Source of the DNA: Malacoraja senta
Lineage: Eukaryota
DNA length: 64,000 nucleotides
Assembly: GCA_038087875.1 (NCBI GenBank)
Contig: CM075997.1
Span: 3,970,001 to 4,034,000 of the forward strand
Reading direction: 5' to 3'
The notes beneath the pieces were generated by a model. It was not told the origin of the DNA. It saw only the letters and a program-made list of their open reading frames with translations, and searched no databases. Position numbers and translations under genes: made by a program. This document shows positions 48,771-60,625 of this stretch, piece after piece (position 1 is the stretch's first letter; each line of letters opens with the position of its first letter).

Positions 48771-50250
48771 CCTTTTAGTTATTGTGCAGTCTGTCTCCTG
48801 AGAATGTGTCCGACTTGCTGAATAGTCCCAGCACTTTTATTTCAAATTTTTCTTTAAAAGAAAAAACACAAGTACTAGTATTTAAGTTTCTCATCCTTTC
48901 AAAATACCGTTTGTCACATTCAAAACCATTGATTCTTACATTGGCGAAGTAGGTCACAGGACCGAACCAAAACACACATAATTGTATTCAAGATGTCGCC
49001 CACCATCAATAACCCTTGGGAATTCCATCAGTGGGCAACAACTGCTGATGCTCACACATTAAAAGACACAAAGTGCTGGAGTAACTCACAGGGTCTGGCA
49101 GCATCTCTGGAGGTCAGGACATTGAAACATAGAAAGTAGGTGCACCGCCTTTGAGCCAGCACCGCCATTCAATATGATCATGGCTGATCATGCAGAATCA
49201 GTACCCTGTTCCGGCTTTTTCCCCATATCCCTTGATTCCCTTAGCCCAAAGAGTCCGTAGATATTTCATAGCGGGTCTTAATGCCAGCCGTAGGTACTCG
49301 GAGCATCAGGTAAGTCGGGATGTTTTTTCAGCATGTTGAAAAATGTCCACGAGTAAATAAAATAGCCCCGAGTACCTATGGCTGGCTATTACCATAATTC
49401 TCTGAGTTTGAATCAAGGGGAAAACTCGGAAGAATTCGTGAGTAACTCGGAAAGTGGACAGGGGCTTAAAAGCCTCCACTGCCTTCTGTGGCAGAGAATT
49501 ACAGATTCACAACTCTCAGGGTGTGAAAACATTTTTCCTCATCTCTGAGTTGATCGAAGAGCAGGAAAGTAGCGGGAATTACAGAGGGATCGTAGTTGAG
49601 ATGCTGTTGGGAGACCAGTTACTCCTGCACCATGTGTCTTTTGTTTTTAGTAAACCAAGGTCTCGACCCGAATTGTCACCCATCCCTTCTCTCCAGAGAT
49701 GCTGCCTGCCCCGCTGAGTTACTCCAGAATTTTGTGTCCATCTACGGAGTTCCTCACACATCAAGATACTTTGTGTAGGAAGGAACTGCAGATGCTGGTC
49801 TAAACAAAGGTAGATAAAATGCTGGAGAAACTCAGCGGGTGAGGCAGCATCTATGGAGAGAAGGAAATGGGTGTCGTTTCGGGTCGAGACCCTTCTTCAG
49901 ACGGAAACACATCAAGATATGAGTCTCAGTCTGTAGAAGGGTCTCGACCCGAAACGTTGCCTATTTCCTTCGCTCCATAGATGCTGCCTCACCCGCTGAG
50001 TTTCTCCAGCAATTGTGTCTACCTTCAATTCTGCAGCATCTGCAGTTCCTTGTTGAACACATCAAGCTACTTTGTCTGAAGAAGACCTTCACGGGTTGCA
50101 ATCCTTTTAGTTGTGGGTTTATTTATTCCGGGGCTTCTCTACACAAGGCAGACAAACCTCAGTGTAATTCTTTTTTCCTTTCTTTGTATTTCACTCCCCC
50201 CCCCTAACCCCACCCTCGCCCTCCACCCAGTGTTTACAGGCCAGGGCCGC

Positions 50251-50567
50251 TCACTGCAGCTCGTCGAGGAGATGTTCCAGCTTCTCCGCTTGGTCCCCGA
50301 GAACTCGCCCATCTGGTGGAGCGCTTGAAGAAGTGGAAGGTGGGCATGCAGGTGATGCCGGCCGAGCGGGCCCAGCGGCTCGGCGTCGTCCACGTCCACC
50401 TCCACGAAGGTCACGTTGGGCATCTGCTCGGCCAGGTTGTAGAAGTGCGGGCGGATCATGCGGCAGTTGTTGCACCATTCGGCCGAGTACATGACCGCCA
50501 CCAGGTTCTCGGTCTGGCTGAACAGGTGTTGGAGCTGCTTGGCGTCCACCACATGTTTCACCACCAT
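50251..50567 (-). CDS. intronless thioredoxin-like protein 3 (WCNNC); three 1-nt indels in this sequence (assembly error or young pseudogene)
   Basis: MVVKHVVDAKQLQHLFSQTENLVAVMYSAEWCNNCRMIRPHFY...EVDVDDAEPL; correcting three indels gives ARSAGITCMPTFHFFKRSTQMGEFSGTKREKLEHLLDELQ-stop (105 aa); AATAAA x2 on minus strand at 50118-27. Confidence 0.85.
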
Positions 50568-50817
50568 TGCTGCTTCATCCCCGCCTGCGGATCCCCACCC
50601 ACTGACGCCGCTCTCAACTCCTAAACCCATTCTGACGACAAGCCGCGTCAACCGCTATTATTGAATTTCTCATTGCTATTAATGGTGGCTACCAATGATG
50701 GACAAGGGGCAACATTGTGTCCCTGGCGAGGGACAAGGAACTACAGGGCGGTGGTAGAGTTGCTGCCTCACAGCGCCGGAGACCCGGGTTCGATCCCGAC
50801 CACGGGCGCTGTCTGTA

Positions 50818-50866
50818 CCAAAGCTCTATACACTAGAGCTCTATATAGAATAGATATCATCTTTGG
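50818..50866. mobile_element. 49-bp mini-MITE (CCAAAG...CTTTGG) inserted in an HE1-like SINE
   Basis: 6-bp TSD tctgta (50812-17, 50867-72). Confidence 0.7.
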
Positions 50867-51627
50867 TCTGTACGGAGTTTGTACCTTCTAGAGCTAGTAC
50901 ATATATATCATCTTTGGTCTGTACGGAGTTTGTACCTTCTAGACACTAGAGCTCTATATAGAATAGATATCATCTTTGGTCTGTACGGAGTTTGTACCTT
51001 CTAGACACTAGAGCTCTATATAGAATAGATATCATCTTTGGTCTGTACGGAGTTTGTACCTTCTAGAGCTAGTACATATATATCATCTTTGGTCTGTACG
51101 GAGTTTGTACCTTCTAGAGCTAGTACATATATATCATCTTTGGTCTGTACGGAGTTTGTACCTTCTAGAGCTAGTACATATATATCATCTTTGGTCTGTA
51201 CGGAGTTTGTACCTTCTAGACACTAGAGCTCTATATAGAATAGATATCATCTTTGGTCTGTACGGAGTTTGTACCTTCTAGACACTAGAGCTCTATATAG
51301 AATATATATCATCTTTGGTCTGTACGGAGTTTGTACCTTCTAGAGCTAGTACATATATATCATCTTTGGTCTGTACGGAGTTTGTACCTTCTAGACACTA
51401 GAGCTCTATATAGAATAGATATCATCTTTGGTCTGTACGGAGTTTGTACCTTCTAGACACTAGAGCTCTATATAGAATAGATATCATCTTTGTCTGTACG
51501 GAGTTTGTACCTTCTAGAGCTAGTACTATATATCATCTTTGGTCTGTACGGAGTTTGTACCTTCTAGACACTAGAGCTCCATATAGAATAGATATCATCT
51601 TTGGTCTGTACGGAGTTTGTACCTTCT
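50831..51627. repeat. two-unit (51/62 bp) minisatellite, 14 cores
   Basis: Core atatcatctttggtctgtacggagtttgtaccttct preceded by one of two recurring linkers. Confidence 0.93.
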
Positions 51628-52816
51628 TCCGTGTCTTCAGTTTCCTCCCACACTCCAAAGACCTACAGGTTTGTCCTTTTAAAAGGGCAAACCTGTATTT
51701 AAGAGGGAGTTAGATGTGGCCCTTGTGGCTAAAGGGATCAGGGGGTATGGAGAGAAGGCAGGTACAGGATACTGAGTTGGATGATCAGCCATGATCATAT
51801 GAATGGCGGTGCAGGCTCGAAGGGCCGAATGGCCTACTCCTGCACCTATTTTCTATGTATCTAAAAGGAACTGCAGATGCTGGAAAATCGAAGGCAGATA
51901 AAAATGCTGGAGGTTTGTAGGTTAATTGGTTTGATAAAATTGGTTTGATAAAATGAAGGAGGGCTATATGTATGTATTTATGTATGTACTTAATCTATGA
52001 ACCACTGTTGTGTAACGTTAGTACCTCCACCAATGTAAAGCACTTTGGTCAACGAGAGTTGTTTTTTAAATGTGCTATAGAAATAAAAGTGACTTGACTT
52101 GACTTAACTTAAAATTGTCCAGGGCTGAGTGATTGCTCTACCAACAGCTTTTCAGCGTCTGAGATCCAGATCCAGGCAAGAAAACACACACACACAAAAT
52201 GCTGGAGTAACTCAGCGGGACAGGCAGCATCTCTGGAGAGAAGGAATGGGTGAAGTTTTGGGTGGAGACCCTTCTTCAGACTGAGATCCGTCTACCTCTC
52301 TTCAGACTGAGGGGTAGACGGATCTCAGTCTGAAGAAGGGTCTCGATCGAAAAGTCAGGATTTTTTTCTCTGGGTGCACCGGTTACCTCCCACACTCCAA
52401 AGACGTACAGGTTTGTAGGTTAATTGGCTAATGTAAACATTGTCCCTGGTGTAAGATAGTGCTAGTATGCGGGGTGGCCGCTGGTCGATGAGAACTTAGT
52501 GGGCCGAAGGGCCTGTTTCTGCACTGTATCTCTACAGTCTAAAGTAAAGCAATTATTCTTGATACTGTGGAACATTTATTCATCAAGCAGCATCACCGAA
52601 GTGATGAAAGGACGGGTCGACTGGGCTTGTATCCGCTGGAATTTAGAAGAATGAGAGGGGATCATAGAAACATATAACATTATTGGGTTGGACAGGCTAG
52701 ATGCAGGAAAAATGTTCCCGGTGTTGGGGGAGTCCAGAACCAGGGGTCACAGTTTAAGAATAAAGGGTAGGCCATTTAGGATTGAGATGAGAAAAAACTT
52801 TTTCACCCAGAGAGTT

Positions 52817-52950
52817 GGGGTGAAGATTGCAACTTTCACGTGGTCCCGCCTTGTTTCGACTAATGCAATCAACTCGACGTGCACAAACGGAAGATCAAAT
52901 AGAACAAGTTGTCCAACAACTTTAGGCTGTGCACGCCACACGAAAGAAGA
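52817..52950 (+). mobile_element. about 135-bp HDV-ribozyme-headed retroelement inserted in a CR1 fragment (about 52610-53165)
   Basis: TSD acccagagagtt (52805-16, 52951-62); begins ggggtgaagattgcaactttcacgtggt...ctaatgcaatc; tail cgaaagaaga. Confidence 0.8.
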
Positions 52951-54044
52951 ACCCAGAGAGTTGTGAATCTGTGGAATTCTCTGCCACAGAAGGCAGTGGA
53001 GCCAATTCACTTGATGCTTTCAAGAGAGAGTTAGATTTAGCTCTTAGGGCTAAGGGAATCAAGGGATATGGGGAGAACGCAGAACGGGGTACTGATTTTG
53101 GATGATCAGCCATAATATTGAATGGCGGTGTAGGCCCGAATGGCCTACTCCTGCACCTATTTTCTATGGTTGCCTATCCATTCCCTCCACTGATACAGCC
53201 TAAGGTCTCGACCCAAAACGTTGCCTATTTCCTTCGCTCCATAGATGCTGCCTCACCCGCTGAGTTTCTCCAGCATTTTGTCCACCTGCTGAGTTACTCC
53301 AGCACTTTGTGTTTTGCTCGAGATTCCAGCATCTGCAGTTCCTTTTTTTTGGTCTTAATGTGATGTTGGTTTCTTTGGCCTATTTCGGACTGCTTGGTCA
53401 GCAGCTCAGTCATTGTTTCTTCATGAGATCGCCACACTGGTATCAGTCTTTTATCATCCAGGAATTGTTATCCTCGCTGTTTACTGGCTTGGATTTGTGT
53501 CATAGGTCGAGTGGCGCCATCTGCAGTCAGGCTGGAGAATTCTCCCTCCTGGGCTCAGGCAATGTTAAATGAATGAATGACCTCCAGAGATGCTGCCTGA
53601 CCCGCTGAGTTACTCCAGCACTTTGTGCCTATCTTTCAGTTATAGGTGGATACAGTTGAGGAAATCTTTGATTGACAATGCAAAAACATCTCGCGGAGGG
53701 AAGAAAGACACAAATTGCTGAAGCAACTCAGCGGGTCAGGTTGCATCTCTGGAGAACATGGATAGGTGATTTTTTGGGATCAGGAGCCTTCTTCAGACTG
53801 ATTGTGGCTGGGAAAGAAAGCTGGAATGGCAGAGGGTAAGGTAAAGCCTGACGAGTTATAGGTGAAGAAGGGTCTCGACCCGAAACGTCACCTATTCCTT
53901 CGCTCCATAGATGCTGCCTCACCCGCTGAGTTTCTCCAGCATTTTTGTCTACCTTCGATTTTTCCAGTATCTGCTGTTCTTTCTTAAATGCTGAGTTACT
54001 CCAGCATTTTGTGTCGATCTTCGACTGTGTTTGAGCAGTGCTCA

Positions 54045-54443
54045 CCAAAGATCCTATAGTGGAGCAAGATAGACCACTCCTTCTAAATGCAATGGGCTGA
54101 CGTGTAGTACGCAACGGAGCGGAACGTGGGCCTTTTTTCATCCATTTCAGTAACCCGACCCGACTCGCAGTGTAATCAACGTTGCGGGGGAACAGTTTGT
54201 GTTAATAAATTATAATCTGAAAATGAGAAGATTTTTACCAAAGAACTTTTATTTTTACGAGGATGTTTCCGTAACCGGCTTCCGTCTCCGCACTAGTATC
54301 TTTGCTCCGCTATGACGGGATCTTTGGTGCGGAGACGGAAGCCGGTTACGGAAATGGGGCCGAAAATTACCCATGAATCTGCCCATGACCGTACTATGTC
54401 TTTTTCGTCGAGTGGTCTATCTTGCTCGCTGTAGGATCTTTGG
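54045..54443. mobile_element. about 400-bp MITE with CCAAAG...CTTTGG termini
   Basis: TSD tgctca/tgctcg (one mismatch); homologous to 11217-11623. Confidence 0.78.
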
Positions 54444-55027
54444 TGCTCGCAGTGCAAAAAATATTCGGCCTTAGTCCCTCCACCATCGCCCCCTTGTGGC
54501 TGAACACTTTCCCCATTAACTCCACTCACTTTGTCCAAATCAAAGCCTTGGTTCACTCTTCCATCTCTACCAATATGTACTGTTTCTCACTGTACTGTTT
54601 CTCACAGCAGCATCCCATGCAGCCTTAGGAGAAGCAACGCATGCCTTTTTTTTAACCTCTTCCCTTCACCCATCCAAAGATAGTTCCAAAGTCCAGAACC
54701 AGGGGCCACAGTTTAAGAATAAGGAGTAAGCCATTTAGAACGGAGACGAGGAATCACTTTTTCTCACAGAGAGTTGTGAGTCTGTGGAATTCTCTGCCTC
54801 AGAGGGTGGTGGAGGCAGGTTCTCTGGATGCTTTCAAGAGAGAGCTAGATAAGGCTCTTAAAGATAGCGGAGTCAGGGGATAAGGGGAGAAGGCAGGAAC
54901 GGGGTACTGCTTGGGGATGATCAGCCATGATCACATTGAATGGCGGTGCTGGCTCGAAGGGCCGAATGGCCTACTCCTGCACCTATTGTCTATTGTCAAA
55001 GTGATTCCTTTGAACTCCAACCAATTC

Positions 55028-55635
55028 AAGATTCAAGAGAGTTTATTGTCATGTGTCCCAGATAGGACAATGAAATTCTTGCTTTGCTTCAGCACAACAG
55101 AATATTGTAGACATGAATACAGAACAGATCAGTGGGTCCATATACCATTATATAAATATATACACACATGAATAAATAAACTGATCAAGTGCAAATAAAC
55201 AGATAATGGGCTATCAATGGTCAGAGTTTTGTATGAGTTGAGTTTAATAGCCTGATGGCTGTGGGGAAGTAGCTGTTCCTGAACATGGACGTTGCAGTCT
55301 TCAGGCTCCTGTACCTTCTACCTGAAGGTAGCGGGGAGATGAGTGCGTGGCCAGGATGGAGTGGGTCCTTGATGATGCTGCCAGCCTTTTTGATGCAGCG
55401 ACTGCAATAGATCCCCTCGATGGTAGGGAGGTCAGAGCCGATGATGGACTGGGCAGTGTTTACAACTTTCTGCAGTCTTTTCCGCTCCTGGGTGTACAAG
55501 TTGCCGAACCAAGCCACGATGCAACCGGTCAGCATGCTCTCTACTGTGCACCTGTAGAAGTTCGAGAGAGCCCTCCTTGACAATCCGACTCTCCGTAATC
55601 TTCTCGGGAAGTAGAGGCGCTGATGCGCTTTCATT
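55028..55635 (-). mobile_element. Rex1/Babar-like LINE 3' fragment
   Basis: KAHQRLYF.RRLRR...FYRCTVESMLTGCIVAWFGN...IIKDPLHPGH...LPSGRRYRSL. Confidence 0.88.
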
Positions 55636-55967
55636 CACGAGTGGTTCTAGAAGATTGTTTGTCAAGGGCAAAGAGGGACGAGTAATAAACGTTGTGGTTT
55701 GCCAGCAATGCAAAGAACAAACTCGAAGAAGGTTTGCAGCCTAATTAGCGCAGAGCATTTTTGTTACTGGTTCTGAGGGTCTGGAAACTATTAATCTAAA
55801 TTATCGGGGTACTGACGTCTGTGTGGGCAGCAACAATCCTGAAAGCAGGGAGATAGAGATAATGTTTGGAAACACTGTCCAAGGGGCACTCGCTGAACAA
55901 AAACAAGAGCACGTGCACAAACAAGCAGTTTGCAATCACACCTAAGTGCACATACAGGGGAGATACA

Positions 55968-56390
55968 GGGAAAAGGATACAGAAAGTTGTGACCACTGCC
56001 CAGTCCATCATCGGCTCTGACCTCCCCACCATCGAAGGGATCTATCACAGTCGCTGTCTCAAAAAGGCTGGCAGCATCATCAAGGACCCACACCATCCTG
56101 GCCACACACTCATCTCTCCGCTACAGTCGGGCAGAAGGTACAGGAGCCTGAAATCTGTTACATCCAGGTTCAGGAACAGCTCCTTCCCCACAGCCATCAG
56201 GCTATTAAACTCGCCAACAAACAGACTCTGAACTGTAACAGGCTATTGCACTTCATCTGCTTATTTATGTGTATATTGAACTGAACTGTTCTGTATTTTT
56301 GCTTACAATATTCTGTTGTGCTGAAGCAAAGCAAGAATTTCATTGTCCTCTCTGGGACACATGACAATAAACTCTCTTGACTTGACTTGA
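55968..56390 (+). mobile_element. Rex1/Babar-like LINE 3' fragment
   Basis: QKVVTTAQSIIGSDLP...FPTAIRLLN; (gactt)n tail. Confidence 0.85.
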
Positions 56391-56807
56391 GATTAAGCGA
56401 GTGAACCTTTAATCATTGCCATTTCTCAGCTGTTTCTCGTTCCACAGATGCTGCCTGACCTGCTGGCTGTTTCCAGTATTTTGTATTGGCAGTAGGTTAT
56501 TTAACATTTTCTGAAGCCATCTGATTCAAAATGTGTCTTAACACACGGCAAGTGCAGTTTATGCTCTTTTGCAAACTTATTGAGGGGATCTCATTGCTGG
56601 GAGGTCTCATTTGCTCTGGAAGACAGTAGCCATAGTCAGGCTGCAACTCGGGTGTCTGGCGCTGCAAGGCAGCAACTTTACCGCTGCGCCACCCCTGCAT
56701 TGTAGTGTCCTTCAGTCAAAACAAAGAACTCGCTGAAGGTACGAGGGACAGGTTGGCAAACTACATGTAAGACCAAGTCACTGGGCAGGAATTGGGTGGC
56801 AACAGAG

Positions 56808-57400
56808 ATAAGTAGGTTTATTGGCCAAGTATTCACATACAAGGAATTTGCCTTGGTGCTCCGCTCACAAGTAACAACATGACATACAGTGACAGTTACG
56901 AATGTCTCAGAAAACACTAAACATTAATAATAATAAAACATTAATGATAAAACACCATTGATCAAGCATGTGAACCAACAAAATACCAGATCAAAGGGAG
57001 GCTACAGATTTTTGGTTGTTGAGTAGAGCAGCTACTCGTGGATAAAAACTGTTTTTATGTCTGGCTATGGCAGCTTTGACAGTCCGGAGTCGCCTTCCAG
57101 AGGGAAGTGATTCAAAGAGTTTGTGGCCAGGTTGAGAGGGGTCAGAGATGATCTTGCCCGCTCGCTTCCTGGCCCTTGCAGTTCATCAATGGAGGGAAGG
57201 TTGCAGCCAATAATCTTCTCTGCTGATCGGACGATTCGCTGCAGCCTCCAGGTGTCGTGCTTGGTGGCTGAGCCAAACCAGACCACGATGGAGAAGGTGA
57301 GGACAGACTCTACGATGGTCGTGTAGAATTGGACCATCATTGCCTGTGGCAGATTGTGCTTCCTCAGCTGCCGCAGGAAGTACATCCTCTGTTGGGCCTT
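56808..57400 (-). mobile_element. Rex1/Babar-like LINE 3' fragment (same subfamily as 37-660)
   Basis: Near-identical sequence with a small deletion. Confidence 0.88.
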
Positions 57401-58059
57401 TTACACGATTGCACCAAAACACACAATACACGATTGCGCCAAATACTCAGTAGAGCCACTGCTTGACAACACACAAGACTGTCTGCGTGGAGTTTGCACG
57501 TTCTTCCTGCGACCACGGAGTCACAAAGAATTGCAGATGCTGAGCAGAACACAAAGTGCTGGAGGAACACAGTGGGTCAGGCAGCACCTGTGGAGGGAAT
57601 GGACAGGCAACGTTTCAGATGAGGATTGAAGTCTGAAGGGTCCCAACTGGAAATGTTGCCTGTTCATTCCCTCCACAGATGCTGCCTAACCCGCTGAGTT
57701 CCTCCAACAGTTTGTGTTTTGCTTTCTACGACCACGTTGGGTTTCCCCTGATTGCAGGTTGGGTGATAGGTTCATTGACCACTGTTAATTGCCCCTCTAG
57801 TGTGTAGGTAGGTGATGGGTGAAATCTTGTTGAGTATATGGGGAGACTAAAACAAAAGCGATTAACATATCACTCATATACTTGTACTGAACTGCATACA
57901 AAAATGAATCTCGGCACATGTGACAACAAAATACCATTGAATAAAAGTGGTCCAACCATGGATCACAGCTGATTACTTTACAAAGGGTTTAGAAGGTTTT
58001 AAGAAATAAAAACTGAGGATTGGGAACATTTCACAATTTGGCAAATGATAACAAGAGGG

Positions 58060-58770
58060 AGCCAGCACCGTCATTCAATGTGATCATGGCTGATCATCCC
58101 CAATCAGTACCCCGTTCCTGCCTTCTCCCCATATCCCCTGACTCGGCTATCTTTAAGAGCCCTATCTAGCTCTCTCTTGAAAGCATCCAGAGAACCTGCC
58201 TCCACCACCCTCTGAGGCAGAGAATTCCACAGACTCACCACTCTGTGTGAGAAAAAGTGTTTCCTCGTCTCCGTTCTAAATGAATTACTCCTTATTCTTA
58301 AACTGTGGCCCCTGGTTCTGGACTCCCCCAACATTGGGAACATGTTTCCTGCCTCCAGCGTGTCCAAACTCTTAACAATCTTATATGTTTCAATGAGATA
58401 CCCTCTCATCCTTCTAAACTCCAGTGTACAAGCCCAGCTGCTCCATTCTCTCAGCTGCTCCATTCTCTCAGCATATGACAGTCCCGCCATCCCGGGAATT
58501 AACCTTGTAAACCTACGCTGCACTCCCTCAATTGCAAGAACTTCCATCCTCAAATTTAGGGGACCAAAACTGCACACAATACTCCAGGTGTGTCTCACTA
58601 GGGCTCTGTACAACTTCAGAAGGACCTCTTTGCTCCAATATTCGATTCCTCTTGTTATAAAGGCCAACATGCCATTTGCTTTCTTCACTGCCTGCTGTAC
58701 CTGCATGCTTACTTTCATAGTCTGATGTACAAGGACCCCCAGATCCCGTTGTACTTCCCCATTTCCCACT
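58060..58770 (-). mobile_element. CR1-clade LINE 3' fragment
   Basis: QRDLGVLVH...VKKANGMLAFI.RGIEY.SKEVLL.LYRALVR... Confidence 0.92.
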
Positions 58771-59547
58771 GATTGAGGATGATCAGCCATGACCACATTG
58801 AATGGCGGTGCTGGCTCGAGGGGCCGAATGGCCTACTCCTGCACCTATTGTCCATTGAAATGCTGGATGTATACAAAACGTGTGATATATGATACAACTT
58901 TATTTATCCTAGGAGGGAAATTGATCTGCCAACAGTAAAAAACACACAAGATACATGAAATTAAAGTGACGAGTGGAAAGGATTGGGGATGTGCAAAGAT
59001 TGGGGGGGGGGGGGGAGTCAGTCTCCCCCATGATAGAAGGGGGAGTTGTACAGGTTGATAGCCACAGGGAAGAAGGATCTCCTTGTGGCGTTCTGTGCTG
59101 CATCTTGGTGGAACCAGTCTGTTGCTGAAGGTGCCCCTCAGGTTGACCAGTGTGTCATGGAGGGGGTGAGCTGTATTGTCCAGGATGCTCCAAGATATCA
59201 AGACAATAACAAAAACAATAATATGATTGAGCAGGGTCTACATGGATTTATGAGAATACATTTGACCAATTAATTCACAATCTTTGAGGATGTGTCTAGA
59301 TTAGACCTAGTTGGCACAGTGCAGCTCGATTTTGAGCAAGGCTTTTGATAAGATCCCATGTAAGAATTTACTAAACATGGTTATAGTAGTATGAGGGATA
59401 AATTACCAGCATAGACTGGGAGTTGGTTTAAGTTAAAAGTGTTTTATTGTCATATGTCCCAGACAGAACAATGAAATTCTTACTTGTAGCTGTACAACAG
59501 AACATATAAACATAGTAGTCTGCAAATAATATAATAAACGAGAAAAA

Positions 59548-59625
59548 ATATATGTATGTATACACACATAATAAATATATACACACACACACATAATATA
59601 TATATACACACACACACATAATATG

Positions 59626-59657
<32 letters not shown>

Positions 59658-59743
59658 TTATATATATATATATATATACACACACATAATATATATACAC
59701 ACACACATATGTATATATACACACACAATTTATATATATATAT

Positions 59744-59815
<72 letters not shown>
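59548..59815. repeat. (TA)n/(CA)n microsatellite inside a Rex1-like tail
   Basis: Direct inspection. Confidence 0.93.
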
Positions 59816-60339
59816 GTAAAAACAAACAAAAATACTGCAAAAAGACAAAGCCCAATGCAGCAAGTATATGCAGTTCAGAGCTTATTTGGAGGTTGCCGTA
59901 TTTAATAGCATGATGGTTGTCGGGAAGAAGCTGCTCCAGACCCTGGATGTTATAGTTTTCAGGCTCGTATACCTTCTTCCCGATGGCAGGAGTGAAATGA
60001 GACAGCAAATGAGGTTGGCAGGCTTTGGGTAACAGTTGCTGCAGTGAATGTGCTTGGCTCCCATCCATTCAAAACCTACACCAATGAGTTGGCCGAAGGG
60101 ACCAATGTAAAAGCTTCAAGTCTGCAGATGCCACAGGTCGAAGTGGCTCATGCGTAGGATGCAGAAGCTTCAAGTGGATACAGTCCAGCTTAGTGGGCAT
60201 GCAGCAATGGAGTATAATGTTAGGGGAAATGTTAGGTTATCCACTATTTAACAAAACACAGAAAAATCACATTTATTTTTTTACAGTAAGAAATGTAGAT
60301 TTTTAAAATGACTTAAGTAATCTTGTGCACATGTTTGGG

Positions 60340-60625
60340 GGTGGCACCACGGTAGAGTGGCTGCTTCACAGCGCCAGAGACCCGAGTTCGATCCCAACTA
60401 TGGGTGCTGTCTGTACGGAGTTTGTATGTTCTCCCTGTGACCGCATGGGTTTTCTCTAGTGTCCTCCCACACTCCAAAGACATGCAGGTTCGTAGGTTAA
60501 TTGGTTTCGGTAAAAAAAAATTGTAAATTGTCCCCAGTGTGTAGGCTAGTGCTAGTGTACGAGGTGATGGCTGGTCGGTGCGGACTCGGTGGGTCGAAGG
60601 GCCTGTTTCAGCGCTGTATCTCCAA
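60340..60625 (+). mobile_element. HE1-like V-SINE
   Basis: A/B boxes, V-domain and tail. Confidence 0.8.

Noticed and set aside
50139..50651. 170-aa ORF as the real protein
   Set aside because: It uses a non-ATG upstream start, and its His-rich and C-terminal parts are frameshift products; homology supports 50251-50567
50831..51627. CRISPR-like array (36-bp core with spacers)
   Set aside because: Only two recurring spacer types, core derived from a SINE/MITE junction, no cas genes, vertebrate context; it is a minisatellite
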